In this document: positions 37,571 to 50,730 of the stretch, piece after piece
Layout of the letters: each line of letters begins with the position of its first letter
How positions within the stretch are numbered: the first letter of the stretch is position 1
Assembly (NCBI RefSeq): GCF_018350175.1
Contig: NC_058368.1
Span: 42,720,001 to 42,784,000, forward strand
Direction: 5' to 3'
Source: Felis catus
Lineage: Eukaryota
Length of the DNA stretch: 64,000 nucleotides
Translations under genes and position numbers: made by a program
The notes under the pieces: model-generated
Databases searched by the model: none
Told to the model about the DNA's origin: nothing
Seen by the model: only the letters and a program-made list of their open reading frames with translations

Positions 37571-38612
37571 TGTGATATTGTGATTTAAAATAAGAAATAT
37601 GTATTTGTTCTTCATCTCCTTTTGTAGCACAGGGCTTCTTTTTTTCTTTATGTTTTTTTTTATTTATTTTGAGAGAGAGAGACAGAGCATGCACAGGGGA
37701 GGGGCAGAGAAAGAGGAGAGAGATTCCCAAGCCGGCTCTGCATACTGTCAGCACAGAGCCCAACACGGGGCTCCATTCCATAAACCCTGAGATCATGACC
37801 TGAGCCAAAATCAAAAGTAGGATGCTTAACTGACTGAGCCACCCAGGTGCCCCCCAACAAAGAGCCTCTAAAACTTTTGGAATTTCCTAAACTTTGAGAA
37901 AGATAAAGCTGTCTCTTGTTATGTTAATGATCCAACTTTTGGACCACACCTAAACTTGGGGGCCGGCTGCCAGGAGAACCAACCATGTGACGACACAGGC
38001 AGAACTTGAAGTCCTAACCCCTGATCGCAGGAGAAGGGAGAGAGGTTAGAGGTTAAATCAATCTCTGATGGCCAGTGATTTCATCAGTTATGTCTATGTA
38101 TTGAAGCCTCTAAAAAATCCAAAAGGATAGGGTTTGGAGAGCTTCCAGGCTGCTGAAGACATGCACACTCAGAAGAGTAGCACACTCAGAGAAGGTGTGG
38201 GAGCACTGAACCCCTTCCCCATACCTTCTCCATCTATCATTTCATTCTAGCTCTTCCTCAGTTATATCTTTTTATAATAAACTGGTGACCTAGTAAGCAA
38301 AATGTTTCTCTGATTTCTGTGAGCCATTCTAGCAAATTAACCAAACCCAAAGAAGAGTTTGAGGGAACCTCCATTCCGTAGCGAGTCATACAGAAGTACA
38401 ACCTGGACTTGTGCTTGGCATCTAAAGCAGAGGGCAGGCAGTCTTGAAGAAGTGAGCACTGAGCCCTTAACCTGTGGGATGCAACGCTATGGCTATGTCT
38501 GGGGAGATAGTGTAGGAACTGAATTGTACTATAGGTTATCTATCTGGTATCTGAAAATTGCTTCGTGGTGTAGGGGAAACTTCCCCCCAAATGTTGGAAT
38601 TGGGTGTTCAGA
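37571..38612 (+). mobile_element. MER21-like solo LTR interrupted by a SINE
   Basis: Starts tgtgatattgtgatttaaaataagaaatatgtattt; ctaaaac.tttggaatttccta; tttataataaactggt; gagccattctagcaaattaa; actgagcccttaacctgtgggat. Confidence 0.8.
37640..37855 (-). mobile_element. Can-SINE inside the MER21-like LTR
   Basis: Full length; diverged TSD agcacagggcttct / aacaaagagcctct. Confidence 0.9.
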
Positions 38613-38659
38613 CCCCTTCGATTTGTTTTATTAAAAAAATTTTATTATCTTAAAAAAAA

Positions 38660-39912
38660 CTTAGATATTAATGAATGTCTAAGAAGTACATATTCTATGC
38701 CTTGGGGAAACAAAAGTGAATAAAGTATACCCTGCCCCCTAGGAGTTTACTGCCTTGTAGGACAAAGGAGAACTATATAAATTAATTTTTTAAAGTATAC
38801 ATGCATACATACACATGCATGCATATGCACATATATACGCATATATGTATACATATATATATACATATATGTGTGTTTAGATATATTATTGATAGATACC
38901 GAGATAGATAGATAGATAGATAAGCTATAAAAAATCCAGGTATTCTATGGAATCAGACTAAAAGCAACAAAACGCAGCTACCTTGAAAAATCTGACGTGA
39001 GAAAGAGCAGCTAAACTACTGCAAACAAGGAGGACAACCCCACAGAGATGCCTAAATGATAGGCAGGTAAGGAAACAGAATGAATGGAATCAGTGGCAGG
39101 GAAGCATGGGAGCCCTTGACATTTGATATCAAGTGATAGGTGGGGAATAAATACAGATGAGAAGAACTTCTCCTACAGTGAGTTTTGTAAACCAAATTAA
39201 AACATTTGCACTTTATTTCTGGGGACGATGGTGCTTCTTTGCACTGATTTAAACAAGAGAAGAACGAGATCAGATTTGTTTTTGAAGGGTTATTTTTGAT
39301 TAAGGAACAGAGATTAGATTAAATAATCCATGACTGGAAACAGGGGAAATATTTGCTAATTTGTAGAGGTAATCGGGGTAAAATTTCATGGTAAGCATGG
39401 AAAGAGTTGGCAAGATTTGAGAGAAATTAAGGGAGCAGAAGAGATAGGAATAGCTTGTTGGATGTTTAATTTCTGGCTTGAGTAAATACATAAATGATGC
39501 CATAAAATTAATCCATGGTTACAAACTACAACGATGCAACAAAGGAAAGATAGACGGTGCTAAAACAATGTAAGTAAAGGAATCTAACTTGGTCAGAAGT
39601 CAGGGTAGGAGAGCTGCCTTGAAGAAGTGATGCGTCAGCAAAATTGGAATGCAAATGAGTTAAGTAGGTCAAAGGGGAGGAGGACACTTAGATAGAAGTA
39701 GAACATTAATTGCCAAATCTTGCAGTGACTGTAAAGAACTAGGGCATGTTACAGGAAATGAAAGCAGACTAGTTACAACAAGAGTCCGGAGAGCACAGGG
39801 AACTTGTGTGAAGTGAGGCAGTTGCAGAAAGCAAAAGAAACCATATAGCACTTTGCAGGTCAGGTTAAGAACGGTGGGCTTTCTTCTTAGAAAAAAAGAG
39901 TTTGAAGTGATG

Positions 39913-39950
<38 letters not shown>

Positions 39951-40700
39951 AGGGCATGTTTGGGGTTGTATTTTACCAATATTAACCCGGGTTCTGTGTA
40001 TAAAATAGATCACAGGTGCCCACAGCATTTATAGGGAAAACAGGAAGGAAGTTCTTAATATTCCAAGTAAGATAATGACAGTTTGGGCTAATAATTCTGA
40101 TAATGATGGTGATGGAGAACTTTGGGAGTACATATGAAATAAAGTACAGAATTTCAGAATTCAACATTTTTGGGAACTTGTCATCGGTTATAAGCATTAT
40201 TACTAATTAGAAGAAAAATATGTTGCACATATTTTTACAGCTCATCATTTTTCTTTTGATTGAAGAAAACCAATATTTATGAAATAGAAGGAATAGAAAG
40301 AAACTGAAAGGGAACAATCAGACATGGGAGAAAAAAGACAGCAAAAGGAAGAGAGCATTAAATATAGAATCATTGTCAAACGTTGGAAGAAGGTAGGTAC
40401 TGAGGGTTAGTCCATGACTTAGTAACAAATAAAAGGATCTTCAATGTCCTGGGGGTTGGAAAGAAACTGAAGATACATTGAGAAAGGTCTTTGAAAGATG
40501 TGACCTGGCAGATCCATGGGAAGACTTGCAAAAAGAAAGGCTGAGGTTGGTGAGAGTTCTCTTTGATATCTTCTCTTTATTTTGTCTGTGAAATGGAAGG
40601 TGTGTGGCCATGTTCAAGAGATTACTAATGTTTGAAAAAGCAGCAGTAGATAATGAAATCGAAACTTGACTAGGGAACTAAAGAATTAGTGAGTTCCCAA
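38660..40700 (-). mobile_element. Fragmented L2 remnants with embedded microsatellites
   Basis: cctgccccctaggagtttac, gattttaaacaag..gagatcagattt, atttctggcttgagtaa, cttgaagaagtgatg; (TG)n at ~39915-39948. Confidence 0.5.
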
Positions 40701-41195
40701 GGCCCTAAACATCTCTTGGAAAAAGCCCCACTTCTGGTGATATGGGAGTTGCAGACTCTCTAGAAAGTCTCAACTTCCACCAGGCACTAAGATAGGTTCA
40801 GATCTAAAAAAATTTTCAAAAGAAAAGAAGAGTCTTTGGATTGCAGTGGACGAAAAAAGGGTATCTTTATGGTGTTTTTATACAAATTTAACACTGAAAC
40901 ATAAAAGAAGTGTATCCAGATGGGTTTCCAGTTGGATTGGGATTGGAGGAGACAGATATTTCAGGCAATGGCATAAAAGACTTGGCACACATTTAAACTG
41001 ATAATTATTAACTAGATACCATGTGTAAGAAGGATGCTGTATTTAAAATAAAATATATTTGCCTCTTTGTGTGACATATGCTTTATTTAGAAAAAAAAGG
41101 TGCAAGAATATGAAAACAATATTATGTTGGTATATAAGTGCAAACAATTAACACAGAGAATAACTAAAAAATGATACTAAAGAATTTTATGTTTT

Positions 41196-41413
41196 TTTTA
41201 ATTTTTTTTTCAACGTTTATTTATTTTTGGGACAGAGAGAGACAGAGCACGAATGGGGGAGGGGCAGAGAGAGAGGGAGACACAGAATCGGAAACAGGCT
41301 CCAGGCTCTGAGCCATCAGCCCAGAGCCTGACGCGGGGCTCGAACTCACAGACAGCGAGATCGTGACCTGGCTGAAGTCGGACGCTTAACCGACTGCGCC
41401 ACCCAGGCGCCCC
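41196..41413 (-). mobile_element. Young felid Can-SINE (SINEC_Fc-like)
   Basis: TSD aagaatttta(a)tgtttt at 41180-41195 and 41414-41430 (1-nt indel). Confidence 0.95.
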
Positions 41414-44400
41414 AAGAATTTTAATGTTTTAATAGTCTCATTGAACTAAACAAATACACTTGGATGAAAAGCTTTTTTTACTTCTCTTTTTTTTCCTTTT
41501 TTTTCTGTTTGTTAACAGCAAATAATTTCAATCACATTTGCCTTGTTTCTTAGTATGCAAAAGTCTACTTATTTTACATTAGAGTACACTTCTTAACTAA
41601 GTAGGATTCAATGAATTGAACAAATGTCATTACCACAAAAACAGGCCAAAGATAAGTAAACTCCTTCTCAGAGTGAAAAATGGTACAATGTCTGATGCAA
41701 AATTTTAATAGATCCATATAGGAACTGTTAGCTTACATTAAGGAAGGTTTGTAAACATTTCATTTAGGAAACTATTATGGGGTATGAAGTTAATTTCCTT
41801 GGTGATATTTACGTATCCCATATATGCTTGTTATAGTTTGCTTCTTCTATCTCTGATAAAAAAATCTGTTATGAATTGACTTTTCCCGTTTGTTATTGTA
41901 TTAATGATGACAAATTGTGGGCCAGGAACTGTGTAAGAGGCTGATAGGCAGAAAAGCATGCATCTTCTTCTGAGGGTAACATGAATAAGGAGATTTCTAA
42001 CCCTGAATGGTAGGTTTATTTATTTCCTTTGATTTCCTTTATTTGTTACTAAGTCGTGGACTCTCAGATCAAGAGTATAGATATTTAGTTTTAATTTTCT
42101 CTCTAAATCATTGGAGTTATAATTATGATATCCAGAAGTTAAATGTCTCAGAAGGAAGATACTCTTTTACTACATTTCAAAAATTCATAATTCTACTTGT
42201 GGATACTGCATAGACCATTAACTCAAAAATTGCTTCGTCGATGCACTGATGAGCCACACTGATATCTTAAGCAAAAAATGAATTCTGGCATCTGAATAAA
42301 CAATTGTACATGCAGAAGATATATTATTTAGGTCAAAGTAAATTGTTGAGTCTGAACACTTAACTAGAAGTGTTTAGACACCTCTTATCATAGTTGTAAT
42401 TGGTCTCACCTAAGCCAGTGGACTGAGGGTAATAATAGATCAAGGGACAAACAACATCAAAAAAAAAATAAAAATAAAAATAAACCAGGAATTTGTGGGC
42501 TACCACCAGTGATTCTACTCAGGAGCTAGATTGCTGTAATGGCATACGCTTACTTTTTTTTTTTTTTTCACTTGCACAATTGGATAAATCCTGGGAGGTT
42601 TCACAATTCCATCTTTGTTCCCATTTTTACATGGCTTCCTGGCTCGTATATTGCCAATATATTTGCTTCTGATTGATGTCTCCAGGTGTATTAGAAGCTG
42701 ACAGCATCTGACCAGCGCTGCACCCAGGTGAATGATTCCACCAAAAAAATACTGCAAAGTGCATCTGTCTTGTTGTCACTTCTCAAATATTTCCCTTTTA
42801 TTAAGCTCTTATTGTTGTACTAAAGTCACAAGGTGGAACTGCCTCATGTCTACAGAAAGCACAGTGATGCAGCTTTGATTTGCCTTGTTCTTTATAATAA
42901 CCTCCGTTTCCCTCGATTCCTGGCATTTGATTGAGTGGAGTTAGGTCAAGGGATAATCTGAGAGGCTCTCAAATCAAAATGCACACAGTGGTCCTTTCTC
43001 TCTCCGCATCAGAGACTGAAGTGTTCTATGTCAATGAGCTGGCTGCAGGACCAAAAATGCCCCCTCAATTTTCCTTTCTTTCTAACTCTGGTGTGCTTTA
43101 TGCAAATCAACAAGAGGTGGTAAACTGGTAGTCTGCTGGCCAAATCCTTTTATTGTTGGTTCGCCTGACGCAGAGAAATAATCCTATGTCCGAACTTGAG
43201 AGTCTGTTTTTCAGATGACTCTATTTTCAAGAAACAATCTAGGTATTATCTGATGGGAATGAGTGGTGTGGGTTTTCCTGATTTCTCTGATAAACACAAT
43301 TGCTGATTGAGTTATTTCTGTTTCTATACATCTCCTTAGTAATTTTCAAAGGGAAAAATGTTAAAACTTTGGCATTTTATAAAACACAAAAGAATTAGCA
43401 CGGAAGCATTAAACACTGCAGAGAAAAATATAATTCAGGCTCATGATAGTAAATTTTGGCAGAGTTTATGTCACATAAGATTAAATGCATTAGGTTTACT
43501 TTTAATTACCACTTCCCCCCTACCTTTGGTATTGTTGAAGCCTCTATTCAAGAATTACTATTTCTACCCTGTATTGGTTTGAGAATTCTTCCCTTAAAAA
43601 AATTCCTAGTCCTCTTGCTTTTAATAAGGTTGATAGTTCTTGGTATCAGAATGAAACATAAGTTGATAATAGCAAAGGTTAAAAGTATATAATACTTCTT
43701 TCTTACAGGGTTCATTTGCTGTATTTCTGTTTATCTTTTTTTTCAAAGTCTATTCAAAATTATGATTGCAAAAATCTATTCAATATGGGAACTGCAAAGA
43801 AACCAGCATTTAGGAGAAATGCATAATGCCATTCCAATATATAAACAAACTCACTTTTATACAGCTGTTATGGAAGTTTTTCTAAAACTCGATGTGTTTA
43901 AAAGGTTAGAGAACACTTTAAGTAAATGATCCCTATCTCTGCCATTACGCAAAAAATCCTTCTCAGGGGGCCTTTTCCTATCTCCCACTAAAAAAAATAT
44001 CCACTGAAAGTGAATAGCTTGTCCCTAAGGCATTGGAATTTAGCATAGTCTGATGAGTGAGGACATTTTATGCGCACGCAGTCAGAGATTAATAAAAATA
44101 AGATGTGATTAAATTGTGCTGGAATTCCGAACTTTTGAATTTTCTTTCTAGCACTGCTTCTGTGTTATAAGGAAGCTATGGAAGGGATTTGTTGTTTAGT
44201 TCTATAGGGATTCAGTCACAAACTCCTACATATAGTCACTAATGGGGAAAAGCCACAATGGGCTTGTATGGCTGTAAGTTTTCATTTGAAGTCCTGATTT
44301 AGAATCAGAACATCCTTCTGGTCCATGTACTCTAGGCCAGGCTATCCATATAGTTGAATAGGAAAAAAACAAAAACAAAAACAAAACATAAAACATCTTT

Positions 44401-44739
44401 CTTTTCCCCACTAACCACCAACTGGAATTTAACACTTCCTTCAATTATGAATACACAACAATAACAACAACAGCAACAAACACTGTAGAATCAGCTAAAC
44501 TGTTGATATATACCAGTGATATATACCAATGAAGTTAAATCTCTTTTTCTGGTTGCCTAGTTGCTGTGGTTATCTTGAAATATCACTTGTCACCACTTTG
44601 AGGTTATGCTTAATTATATTTTATTATATTTTATATATATTTTGTTTTATATTATATTTTATTATTTACAGTGTTAAAAAGGCAAATGTATTAGTATACA
44701 ACAATTTTTTAGTATACAACAATTTTTTTAAACATTTTG

Positions 44740-44885
44740 GTAACTGTACTTTAAAATAATTGGCTTTAATTTTAATTTGTAAGTATTTTATTTTAATGGA
44801 TTTAAATGGGAATATTCTAAGAGGTTCATAGGCTTCACCAAACTGTCAAAAAGGTTTATGAGACAAAGAAGTTTCAATACCCTAT
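44740..44885. mobile_element. Charlie4z-like hAT MITE remnant
   Basis: tattttattttaatg.attt..., ggttcataggcttcaccaaactgtcaaa.aggttt, aagttt...taccct. Confidence 0.6.
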
Positions 44886-45260
44886 CCATATATTCTAATC
44901 TTGGTCCTCATGGCCCTGCTGTTACCAAGGATCAAAGACTAGGAAAGATCACTCTAAGAAAAGATTAACAAGTGAAAAGAAGTATGTTATCTAATTACTT
45001 CTTGGGTCTTAGCAACCTATACCTAAGAGTCTCTGAAAATTTACACACCTTCAAAATAAGAGGCATTCCAGCTGTATCTTAGAATGTGAGACACATGAGA
45101 GAATAAATCCCCAGAGGGATAAGGATTAAGAAAAATCTCTAGGTACAAATGGAAAGAAGGTTTCAGAAAGAGGTTGTCAACAGAGAATTTGAACAAAGAT
45201 TACAGTATCATCCCACATCACACTAAGAGACATTGTTTCCTAACACCATGATTTTGGCTT

Positions 45261-45838
45261 TGTCAAAGCAAACATTGAAATGGTAGAAGTTAAACAAGTG
45301 AGGAAGACTTTATTCTGACCATTGTAATAGAGCAAACAGATAGAAAACTCCACGGAAAGGAAGGTTAGGAAAGTGTTTAAGAGCTGAAGTCTTAAGAGCT
45401 GAGGGGGAATCCTAGGCCACCCATATTTGTTAACTGGCCTTATCAAAAGGAAAACTAAGCTTTCTTACCTTCATGCCAAGAAGTAGGTTTACAATCTGGA
45501 ACAAGGCTACCTGCTGAAGTTAGGCTCCTCCTCGCCTACAGAAACAGAGATTGGGGTGCCATCTTCCTTGATGAGTATATTTGAAAAGTATGGTCCTCGA
45601 GAAAAATATTCCTGGGTTGTAAAATTTGCAAGAGGCTTTAAAAAAGATTTATATCTCAAAGAAGAAGATAAAGAATTTACAATTACAAGTTTTCTAAGGT
45701 TCTAAGAACATGTTCTAAGAACATGTTCTTAGAACAGATGTTCTAAGAAAAGGGAGCTAGGGCCTAGAGTCAAGAATAAGCCTGTCTTAAGACTAGTCAA
45801 ACTGAGGAAAACCTGAAGGCCATCTTTTATCTTGATTA
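45261..45838 (-). mobile_element. ERV1-class solo LTR (MER89/MER90-like by recall)
   Basis: Minus-strand end ...ctttgaca; minus-strand AATAAA at 45309-45314; 4-bp TSD gctt at 45257-45260 and 45839-45842. Confidence 0.7.
45699..45749. promoter_or_regulatory. Palindromic array of 4 GAS motifs (TTCn3GAA) and 2 p53 half-sites; candidate only
   Basis: TTCTAAGAA at 45700, 45713 and 45741; TTCTTAGAA at 45726; GAACATGTTC at 45706 and 45719; perfect 26-bp palindrome 45711-45736. Confidence 0.35.
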
Positions 45839-45928
45839 GCTTATAACAGCATTACTCCTTCAAGGTAAAATGTGGGAGACAGAATCAGGTTTATGTTCCT
45901 ACAAAATAGACTATTTCTGAGTATAATG

Positions 45929-45929
<1 letters not shown>

Positions 45930-46002
<73 letters not shown>

Positions 46003-46033
46003 CAGAAAGAGAGACAAAAAAAGAGAGAGAGAG
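45930..46033. repeat. Compound (TG)n(AG)n(AGAGAC)n microsatellite
   Basis: Direct read. Confidence 0.92.
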
Positions 46034-49000
46034 ATTCGGGATAATGGATATTACTACCACATAAATACGATTCTGAATGTTAATAAAAAATAGCAAATTA
46101 AAACAAGGAGTTATTGAAATGATAAGTTCTTGAGATCCAGAAAGATTTCAGAAAGTATTGTTGTATATTTACTAGATTAGATTAAACAGATAAAGTATCT
46201 TGGCTTTGTCAAGAGGCAGAGGTTTTTCCAACAAGCTTTTTAAAATAAAAAAACCTACCATTTCTTTTTCAGTTTGTCTCTAAAAGAAATGCTATGCCAT
46301 CCAATCTCAACATAGGTACTGAGTATACCACAAAGAGGCAAGTAAATCCAAAGTCATTCTTGATTAAACAATCACCTTTTCAGTACAAAAGCAAGAAGTG
46401 TTAGTTGTTCTTTTTTTCTCTCTGTATAATAGGAACTGCAACCTAATTCTCATTGTTAATCACAGAATCAAAGGTTAGCGTTTGACCAACCTGACACTCA
46501 CTTTAAATTGTTCTATTTTTCTCCCAAAACATCAGCTCTTTTTACTTCCTTGATTATTCACATTCATGACTGAATCAGCTATTTTTGTGCTTGGGTATTT
46601 CTTGTTCTTCACATTCTAGTCTATATTTTTCATGAAACAGTATTCCTTGAACACAGTATTTGAATCAAGCAATCAATTAACAACTGATACAGACTTACTA
46701 TTTTTCTTTTTATTTTAGGCAGTATTAATTTATGATGCCTTTAAGAGTTATGGAATACATAAAATTAGTTTTTAAATGAGCACACATTTTTAGGTTGGAC
46801 ATTTAATTTATAAACCTCTTACACCTGTGTTTCCAACTATTCCTGTTATTCTTATAATTATCTGAGTCCAGGGAAAAGTATTAAATATATGCTTGTAGAC
46901 ATGCAGATTTAAACTTGAGCTTCTTTGAATGCAGGCCTTTTTTTCTCTTTCATCCAGAAACTGAAACTAAAATCATGTGGTCCTTCCAAACTCCTACTTC
47001 GGCAGAACAGCAGAAGTTAGGAGTCTACTTGGAACTCAAATTCTGCATCATAATAATTTGTTTTTTCTTCATTTTGAGAACTGCTCATGCTATTATTTAA
47101 GACAGAAGCATGTAGAGGGAAGACAGGATGTTATGGTTTTGTTTTCTCAATGTAAATTAAATTGCTGGTTTTTCGCCAAAAGGGGGCAGGCATTTCCATG
47201 ATAACGGGAGAGATGTGCTTCCATCCAGGAATACAAATGGTTAAAAACAGAGACAGCTATTACCTATTCTAGGACTCTACTTGTGCAGAGAAAGCTCCTG
47301 GGTACTTCCAATAAGAAAGATATACCAGAGCTTGCTGACAGGAACAGAGAGAGCCTTTGTTAGTCCTGGACTTTCTGTCACTCACCTCTAGATAATATCA
47401 AGCACTGTGACAGGGACAAGGTGTATGAGACTGCTGTTCAGGCAATGGGGACTTGAAAGCACCTAATTGAATTTCTCCTGGAGATAAAGAGATTTTTTAA
47501 AAGTAACAATTTGTCAGTAAAATGATCTGCTAATTGTTGTAGGAAATTGCTCAGTTTTTAAAATAATAGATCTTAGTGTTATATAGAAGTCTCGGTTTCT
47601 TCCTGGTGCTTAACCTTCTCAACGATACCTATCATAGATTTTTTAGGATATATGTGTGAGAATGAAAATGTATTCTTTTTAGTTTCTAGAACTTTATTTA
47701 TGAGAAATCTTCATCCGTGTGTTGCAGTTATTGGAACATTTAAAAACCACCCAACAAAATACTAAAGGTGTTGTTTTATTGCTGTCTGCCTAATTATTGA
47801 TGTATGTGTGTGTATATATAAGCACAATTGATCACTTACACTTGCTCATGTAATTTATGACAATGTTGCAATTCTATGCTATCAGTCAAGACACACAGTC
47901 AACATACACTAAGTTCAAGGCACTCTGAATACACGTAGCTTTGCTTTTTGCCTGGAGGCACAGAAGGCCTGTATCTTCTTCTTAATCATTTTCAGTCTCC
48001 TTCCAAATCTCTGAAAATTAAAGCTTTCCTCCTTGCATACATGCCTTTATTTCCCTCCCTCAGATAGTTGGTATAATTAATTTTATGCTTATGTTACTAA
48101 ATAGAAAAATGTAGACAGATAAAAATCACAATTTCTTTGTTATTTGGTGAAGGTAGATGGAGATAAGAGTTTTCTTGTGTTTAAAGATACCATCATCATA
48201 GGAAGAACAACTATGGCTTTGTGTGAAAACTTATGTAAAGGCATCTTGTGTGAGTTTAGTATCTGTGATGGTGGATAACTCATTTTTTTACATTCTCATA
48301 TAAGAGCATAAATCATAAAACTACAGTAAATGAACAAAAATTTAATTTTTTGGGTTCTCTCCAAATATTTTATCTTTTGAACATAGTTACTGAAAAGAGA
48401 CAAACCCAAATGCTTTAAAAAGTGAGAATTTTTCATAAATACTCCCAGCACATGGTGATGAAAAAATAAACATACATCAATAGTTTAATTTTATTTTTTC
48501 CTCTGAATAGAATGTAATGTTAGTTGTCATGTATGAATCAACATATCAATGTATTAATTTTATGTGACAGTAAAGAATATAGCTAGTTAAATTTAATACT
48601 AGATATTTTAAACTCCATTTTTTTGCAGCCCCAGAAAATGACATCTACTTTTTGTAGCTCTAGTGTATATATGAGAATCTGTCAATCATGTTGCAAGATG
48701 TTTCATATCTAAGTGTATCTGTCAGGAAGTCCTATTCAAGGTCCAAGGGAGTTATTCTGGGCAAACAACTGAAGTGAATTGTTTTGGAATTATCAAAAGT
48801 AATTACTAGGCTTTAAAAATGTATATGCAACTTGGAAAATAGAAAGTAAATTTTGGAAATATATTGTCAGTTCTCAAGCCATTTAAAGGTAGAAAAATTT
48901 TTGTGAAGGTATTTTAATATTTTTCTTTAAGTGGTACAAATATGGGGATGTTCTGTCTTGCATTCTTAAGGAGAAACTTATTTCAGTGAGAGTGTCTAAA

Positions 49001-50114
49001 GAAGCTATTTGCTAAATGGCTTTATTTCCAATATTTAATGAAGAGATACATCCTGACCTCCTTTCAGAAAATTAAAGATCTTTTGAGAAATCACCCAGTC
49101 CTTTCCTATATTATAGAGTGATTTTGATTGCTTTAGAAATTTTAAAGATGATAGTTAAATCAGAACTATGTTATGTTTTTATTGTCATTTTAAATAAACC
49201 CCACACTTTATGTTATTTTGGGGGCAATAGATAGAAAAGTTTAGAGCTAATAAACACTTTTGTAAACAACACAACCCCCTACTGAACATTCAAGTAAAGT
49301 GTTTTAAAAACAAAAGAAAACTTTAACCCATGGCTTCTAACACTGCTTTCTTTTAAGTGTGTAAAATTTATTTTAAAAGTTACATTCACAAGAGATTTAG
49401 TTTTCTTTATTATTTTTTTTTATTTTTTTTGAAGATATCTATACAGACGGCATGTTTCAAGGTTAGAAAACCTGTAAAGTGTCAAAACCCTATATTTTTC
49501 ATTTTCTTTTTATCAGTCTACAAGAGATACAATTATGGGAATGCTCTTCCCTCTATGAGTTTGATACTATTTTAATTCATTTTATAGATGAAGGAATTGA
49601 AACTCAAAGATCTTAGATAACATGCCCCAATAATGATTTTCTTGATGTTATTTCTACTTGCTTTCGTGAATTAATCAGAATCCTATTTATTTTCAAATGT
49701 CTTTCCATCACCTAATTTTCTCAATACCTCTGTTTAGTAGAGGTAAAGAGATTATGGTGGAAAATTTTGTCACTTACCAATGCTGTAATTTTAGTCAAGT
49801 CACTTACCTCTTGTGAACTACTTTTCTCACTTCTAAAATGTGTGTTTAATAGTAACACTCCTATCAATATTTTATCATTTGAAAATCAATGTATCTCAAA
49901 GTGCTTTCTAATCTGCAGTGTAAAGTATTTATTATAAGTTAAGCACTTAATTAATCACATATACAACTTTTATTCAGCATGTACTACATGTTCAGCCCTA
50001 CATTAGGACCTTATATTAACCTCATCCAGCATTCAAAGTCTTTCAGAGCCCTTAAAACAGTATCAGCCAACCAGAGTTTATATTATGATGCCCCTAGCTT
50101 AAAAGCCATGTACT

Positions 50115-50730
50115 ATATTAGTCTGCTATTGCTGCATAACAAATGCAGACTTAGCAGTTTAAAACAATACCCTTTTATTAATTCATAGCTTCTGTAGGTC
50201 AGAAGTTGGGGCATGGCTTCCCTGGGTCCTCTGCTAACAAGGCTGAAACGAAGATGTGGCAGGCTGTGTTCTCATCTGAAAGCTTGACCAGGGAAGAATC
50301 CATTTCCCAGCTCATTCAGGTTGTTGGCAGAATTTGGTTTTTGTGGTTGTATTTCTGAGTTCCCTCTGTGCTTGCTGGCTGTCAGCTGAGGATCCCTTTC
50401 TGGAACCAGAGGCCACCTCAATGCCTGAAGATGAAGCCCACTCACAACACGGCAGCTTACTTCTTCAGAGCCATGAAGAGAATGCTTGAGATGTGGAGAA
50501 GTCTAAACTACATTTAAAGTCTAGACTACATCTTTCATTAGGACAGACCTACCTAGACCAAGTCCTTTTATCTCATCATGAAATCTCACATAAATATCAC
50601 ATAATTATGTCAGTGATAGTTCATCATATTCGTAGGTCCCACCCACACTCAAGGAGAAGGAATTATACAAGACATGACAGCTGGGAGCAGGAATCTAGGG
50701 GTCAACTTTGAATTATGCCTACCTATCACA
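50115..50730 (-). mobile_element. MaLR solo LTR (MLT1E/F-like)
   Basis: tattagtctgctattgctgcataacaaa, cttagcagtttaaaacaa, tctgtaggtcagaagt, ctcattcaggttgttggcagaatt, cccacccacactcaagg, end gcctacctatcaca. Confidence 0.82.

Noticed and set aside
42246..42300. Second CTGATGA or box C-like motif with downstream CTGA
   Set aside because: No hammerhead GAAA and no terminal stem or guide for a C/D snoRNA; expected by chance
42515..42757. 80-aa minus-strand ORF in unique DNA
   Set aside because: No recognisable domain, non-ATG start, and it runs through a poly-A tract
44050..44085. CTGATGA hammerhead-ribozyme-like core with a possible gtg...cac stem
   Set aside because: The required GAAA after stem II is absent (gcag) and no stems I or III are evident
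46995..47010. cttcggcag resembling the U6 snRNA 5' end
   Set aside because: Only about 9 nt match and the flanks do not continue as U6
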